From: Bacillota bacterium
GTDB taxonomy: Bacteria; Bacillota; Limnochordia; Darwinibacteriales; Darwinibacteriaceae
DNA: 48,911 bases
Direction of reading: 5' to 3'
Assembly (NCBI GenBank): GCA_012521295.1
Contig: JAAYMS010000053.1
Location: 1 to 48,911 of the forward strand
Positions within the stretch are counted from its first letter, which is position 1. The number at the start of each line of letters is the position of its first letter. The notes under the pieces were generated by a model, which saw only the letters and a list, made by a program, of their open reading frames with translations, did no database searches and was not told the DNA's origin. Positions 46,034 through 48,911 of the stretch are shown in pieces. The position numbers were made by a program, and so were the translations under genes.

Positions 46034-46279
46034 GTGCAATCAGTCGGATTTGAATTTGAAACCGAAGAAGAAATGCTGAAAGCAGCGAAGAAGCTGTGGA
46101 CAAAACACGGTATTTCCGGCGAACTGGAAATGACCGCCACTTCTAACAAGAAATATCGCCTGAACATCTACTCCGAGAAGACCATTCGGGAAAGCATACT
46201 GAACCAAGTTCCTGGAAAACGCACCCAAGCTAAGGCCGCCTTTGGCACATCAGTCCATGAATTGAATGATGATGAATGA
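46034..46279 (+). CDS. Hypothetical small protein (81 aa), no recognised family
   Basis: GTG start ~10 nt after a strong RBS aggagg. The stop overlaps the next gene's ATG. Charged, non-membrane sequence. Confidence 0.5.
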   Translation: MQSVGFEFETEEEMLKAAKKLWTKHGISGELEMTATSNKKYRLNIYSEKTIRESILNQVPGKRTQAKAAFGTSVHELNDDE

Positions 46280-47535
46280 TGACAATGCGTATAATTGAGG
46301 AAGCGAAGGCACAGATTGCCCCACACTTCGAAGCAATTGAAAGAATCGTTTTATTCAACCAGGAAAAGGTGCTCAAGGCTTTCCATAAAGAACGGGTTAG
46401 TAGTGACTGTTTTGCTGATTCGACAGGTTATGCCTACCATGACCTTGGCCGAAAGACCATAGAAGCCGTGTACGCAAACGTCTTTCGCGGTGAAGCGGCA
46501 CTAGTAAGGCCGCAAATTGTGTCGGGTACGCATGCTATTTCGATCTGCTTGTCACTGCTCGATCCCGGAGATGAACTAATATCCATTAGTGGCTCTCCTT
46601 ATGATACTCTGCAGTCAGTAATCGGGACGCGTGGACATTCAAGACGCAGCCTCATAGCCCGTGGAGTTAGGTATGACGAAGTTCCTCTCAACGATGATGG
46701 TACCATGAACTTCGCAGCGATTGAGCAGGCTGTGAGCAAATCTACTAAGATGGTGGCGCTGCAGCGCTCAAGAGGGTACAGCTGGAGGCCGCCACTCAAT
46801 ATTGCTCAGATCAGTGAAGCGGTGCGGATCGTCAAGAAAAAGAATCCCAACTGCATTGTTTTTGTCGATAATTGCTACGGAGAGTTTGTCGAGCCTTACG
46901 AGCCACTGGAGGCTGGGGCCGACCTTATCGCGGGCTCACTCATCAAAAACCCTGGCGGAACACTCGCCGTAAGCGGTGGGTACATTGTAGGCCGCGGTGA
47001 GCTTGTGGAGCTGTGCGCTGAAATACTTACGGCACCACATCTCGGAGGCCGCCTTGGCTCGACTTTCGGCTTGACTCGACAGCTTCTCCACGGTTTTTTC
47101 TTAGCACCGCATGTAGTTGGAGAAGCCTTGTATGGAGCTCTGCTGACATCAGCGGTTTTCGAAAGGCTTGGGTACCCAGTGTCACCGCGCTTTGATGAGC
47201 AGCGTACGGACGTTGTACAAGCTATTCGGTTTGGCAATAAAGAGGAGCTGCTGGCCTTTTGCCGCGGCATCCAGAGTGCAGCACCCATAGATGCCCATTT
47301 TCTGCCAGTGCCCAGTGAAATGCCTGGTTACGATGATGAGGTTGTGATGGCAGGGGGGACGTTTATTCAAGGGTCATCGATTGAACTAAGTGCTGACGGA
47401 CCCATGAGGGAACCATATATCGGCTACCTGCAGGGCGGTATGTCTCGCCAGCATGTTCAAATTGGTATTGCGTATGCACTGCAAGCCCTTGCTGAGGAGA
47501 ATCAGCAGATCAAGAAAATAATCGAGGAGGAGTAG
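46276..47535 (+). CDS. YnbB-like PLP-dependent protein (aluminium-resistance / Met-gamma-lyase-like family)
   Basis: ~419 aa with ADLIAGSLIKNPGG (PLP-Lys region). Its position after spoVK matches B. subtilis ynbB. Confidence 0.75.
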   Translation: MMTMRIIEEAKAQIAPHFEAIERIVLFNQEKVLKAFHKERVSSDCFADSTGYAYHDLGRKTIEAVYANVFRGEAALVRPQIVSGTHAISICLSLLDPGDELISISGSPYDTLQSVIGTRGHSRRSLIARGVRYDEVPLNDDGTMNFAAIEQAVSKSTKMVALQRSRGYSWRPPLNIAQISEAVRIVKKKNPNCIVFVDNCYGEFVEPYEPLEAGADLIAGSLIKNPGGTLAVSGGYIVGRGELVELCAEILTAPHLGGRLGSTFGLTRQLLHGFFLAPHVVGEALYGALLTSAVFERLGYPVSPRFDEQRTDVVQAIRFGNKEELLAFCRGIQSAAPIDAHFLPVPSEMPGYDDEVVMAGGTFIQGSSIELSADGPMREPYIGYLQGGMSRQHVQIGIAYALQALAEENQQIKKIIEEE

Positions 47536-47540
47536 ATCGC

Positions 47541-48197
47541 TTGCAGATCACTAATCTTGAACTAGCGCTGCGTCTAATTCTATCCCTTGTATTGGCTGGA
47601 CTAATTGGACTAGAAAGGGAGAGTCATGGCCGACCGGCCGGTTTTCGCACTCATATCCTTGTTGGCATGGGTTCGACTCTCCTTATGATTGTCTCTATTT
47701 ATGCCTTTCGCCCGCTTGGAATGAGCGGTGACCCAGGACGAATTGCCGCACAAGTTGTAAGCGGTATAGGTTTCTTGGGAGCGGGAACAATTATGCGGGA
47801 AGGAGCCAATATCCGCGGACTAACCACAGCGGCGAGTTTGTGGACCGTGGCAGGTATTGGGCTCACCGTGGGAGCAGGTCTCTATTTTGCCGCAGTCATC
47901 ACAACGATTTTGGTTGTGGCTACCCTGGTACTCCTCAATAAGTTAGAATGGTCTTATCTGATGAGTAAACACGAAATCCTTACGGTTCTCGTTCAGGACA
48001 CTCCTGGTCAGCTGGCTAAGGTGTTCGGAGTATTAGCCAAACACGATGTAAACGTGCATAATGTTCAGCTGACCACAGATGATGAAGGAGAAGCCCGTAT
48101 TGAGATGGAAATCGAACTGGCCGCTCGCTCTCGCCGAGTCCAGATCATTGATGAGCTAGTGGCATTGCAGGGAGTTCATAGAGCAAGCTATAAATAA
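47541..48197 (+). CDS. mgtC: MgtC/SapB-family membrane protein with a C-terminal ACT-like domain
   Basis: LERESHGRPAGFRTHILVGMGS, AAQVVSGIGFLGAGTI. C-terminal ILTVLVQDTPGQLAKVFGVLAKHDVNV. TTG start. Confidence 0.85.
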   Translation: MQITNLELALRLILSLVLAGLIGLERESHGRPAGFRTHILVGMGSTLLMIVSIYAFRPLGMSGDPGRIAAQVVSGIGFLGAGTIMREGANIRGLTTAASLWTVAGIGLTVGAGLYFAAVITTILVVATLVLLNKLEWSYLMSKHEILTVLVQDTPGQLAKVFGVLAKHDVNVHNVQLTTDDEGEARIEMEIELAARSRRVQIIDELVALQGVHRASYK

Positions 48198-48219
48198 TCC
48201 TCGAGGATGGTTTGAGCCC

Positions 48220-48911
48220 ATGAGAATAATAGTCACCAATGACGATGGAGTTTTTGCGCCTGGAATACGTGTTTTAGCCGAGACGCTCACTGAATTTGGT
48301 GAGGTGACGGTGATCGCTCCAAGCAGGGAGCAAAGCGGGATGAGCCACGCCATAACCGTGGATCGTCCACTGCGCATGGAGAAAATCAATGCTATACCTG
48401 GCCTAGAAGGACGCTGCTACATGGTAGATGGCACTCCATCTGATTGTGTTAAAATGGCTGTTCACGGGCTGGACCTGCAGCCTGATATGGTAGTGTCAGG
48501 CATAAACATGGGCGAAAACTTAGGAACTGATGTGCTGTATTCAGGCACTGTTTCAGCAGCAATAGAAGCTGTATTGTTAGGCATTCCTGCCATAGCAGTA
48601 TCTCAGGTAGGAGGGGAGCTCAAGTTCCTAGAGACATCTCGAGCGGTTATCGCCCATCTGTTCAAGAGAAATCTCGGGTTATTCGATGATGGGCTAGTCC
48701 CACCTGATGGGCTTTTGAACATCAATGTCCCCGCGGTGGAGTTCTCCAAGCTTCTAGGTATCCGCCTGACACGCCTGGGAAATCAGGAATTTCAAAACCG
48801 TGTCGAAACCAGACTCGATCCAAAGGGGCGGCCCTATTACTGGATGACCGGTGCCCGCGAACTTGACGACTCCCAGGACCTATCCATTGACTACTATGCG
48901 GCTCAAGCCGG
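48220..48911 (+). CDS. surE: 5'/3'-nucleotidase SurE (3' end beyond window)
   Basis: Absent from the ORF track because it has no stop in the window. ATG 48220 gives MRIIVTNDDGVFAPGIRVLAETL...VIAPSREQSGMSHAIT...SGINMGENLGTDVLYSGTVSAA, and the frame is open to the window end. Confidence 0.9.
   Translation, partial: MRIIVTNDDGVFAPGIRVLAETLTEFGEVTVIAPSREQSGMSHAITVDRPLRMEKINAIPGLEGRCYMVDGTPSDCVKMAVHGLDLQPDMVVSGINMGENLGTDVLYSGTVSAAIEAVLLGIPAIAVSQVGGELKFLETSRAVIAHLFKRNLGLFDDGLVPPDGLLNINVPAVEFSKLLGIRLTRLGNQEFQNRVETRLDPKGRPYYWMTGARELDDSQDLSIDYYAAQA

Noticed and set aside
46034-46279. Small ORF after spoVK considered as hfq
   Set aside because: It has no Sm1 or Sm2 motifs (no FLN..R, no Y/FKHAI pattern), and its length and composition differ from Hfq.
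1-48911. Search for tRNA, rRNA, CRISPR arrays, transposases, integrases (other than xerD), toxin-antitoxin or defence-island genes
   Set aside because: None was recognised. Intergenic regions are all under ~170 nt and are explained by terminators, promoters and RBSs. XerD sits in conserved chromosomal context rather than at a mobile-element border. This was an inspection by eye, so short ncRNAs cannot be excluded.

Overview
This is 48.9 kb of chromosome from an endospore-forming, flagellated member of the Bacillota. Gene content is Clostridia-like and local gene order is Bacillus-like. I call 52 protein genes, all but two on the + strand. They are tightly packed, with many 1-4 nt start/stop overlaps and many TTG/GTG starts. 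I saw no rRNA, tRNA, CRISPR, IS element or prophage signature. Gene order: pnp (5' end outside window) | degenerate buk-like, ptb, buk, four-subunit 2-oxoacid:ferredoxin oxidoreductase | DUF3866, endonuclease-Q-like, histidine phosphatase | spoIIM, xerD, deoB, pdp | dacF | spoIIAA, spoIIAB, sigF, PHP, GNAT | exbB/tolQ, exbD/tolR, tonB-like, secreted cohesin protein, SLH/coiled-coil/C-terminal-TM tether | spoVAC, spoVAD, spoVAE | cheW | fliM, fliY, cheA, cheY, cheC, cheD, cheB, cheR, FapA(DUF342) | Gx-transporter-like | (minus strand) DUF4363, DUF421 | miaB, small PRC-like ORF | mutS, mutL, miaA | spoVK, 81-aa ORF, ynbB-like, mgtC | surE (3' end outside window). The best candidate for an undescribed system is the five-gene block at about 18.7-24.2 kb. 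It encodes an apparently intact ExbB-ExbD-TonB proton-motive-force motor with no TonB-dependent barrel receptor in the window. It is instead co-operonic with a secreted orphan cohesin protein and an Omp-alpha-like tether (signal peptide, single SLH motif, about 300 residues of coiled coil, C-terminal TM). The block sits exactly where spoIIA and spoVA are contiguous in Bacillus subtilis. Secondary items: a catalytically degenerate butyrate-kinase paralog ahead of ptb-buk, a coupled DUF3866/EndoQ pair, a FapA protein closing the che operon, a sigma-D-like box ahead of fliM, and several ORF-track starts that lie inside terminators or promoters. All family assignments come from motif recognition by eye. 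No database search was run.
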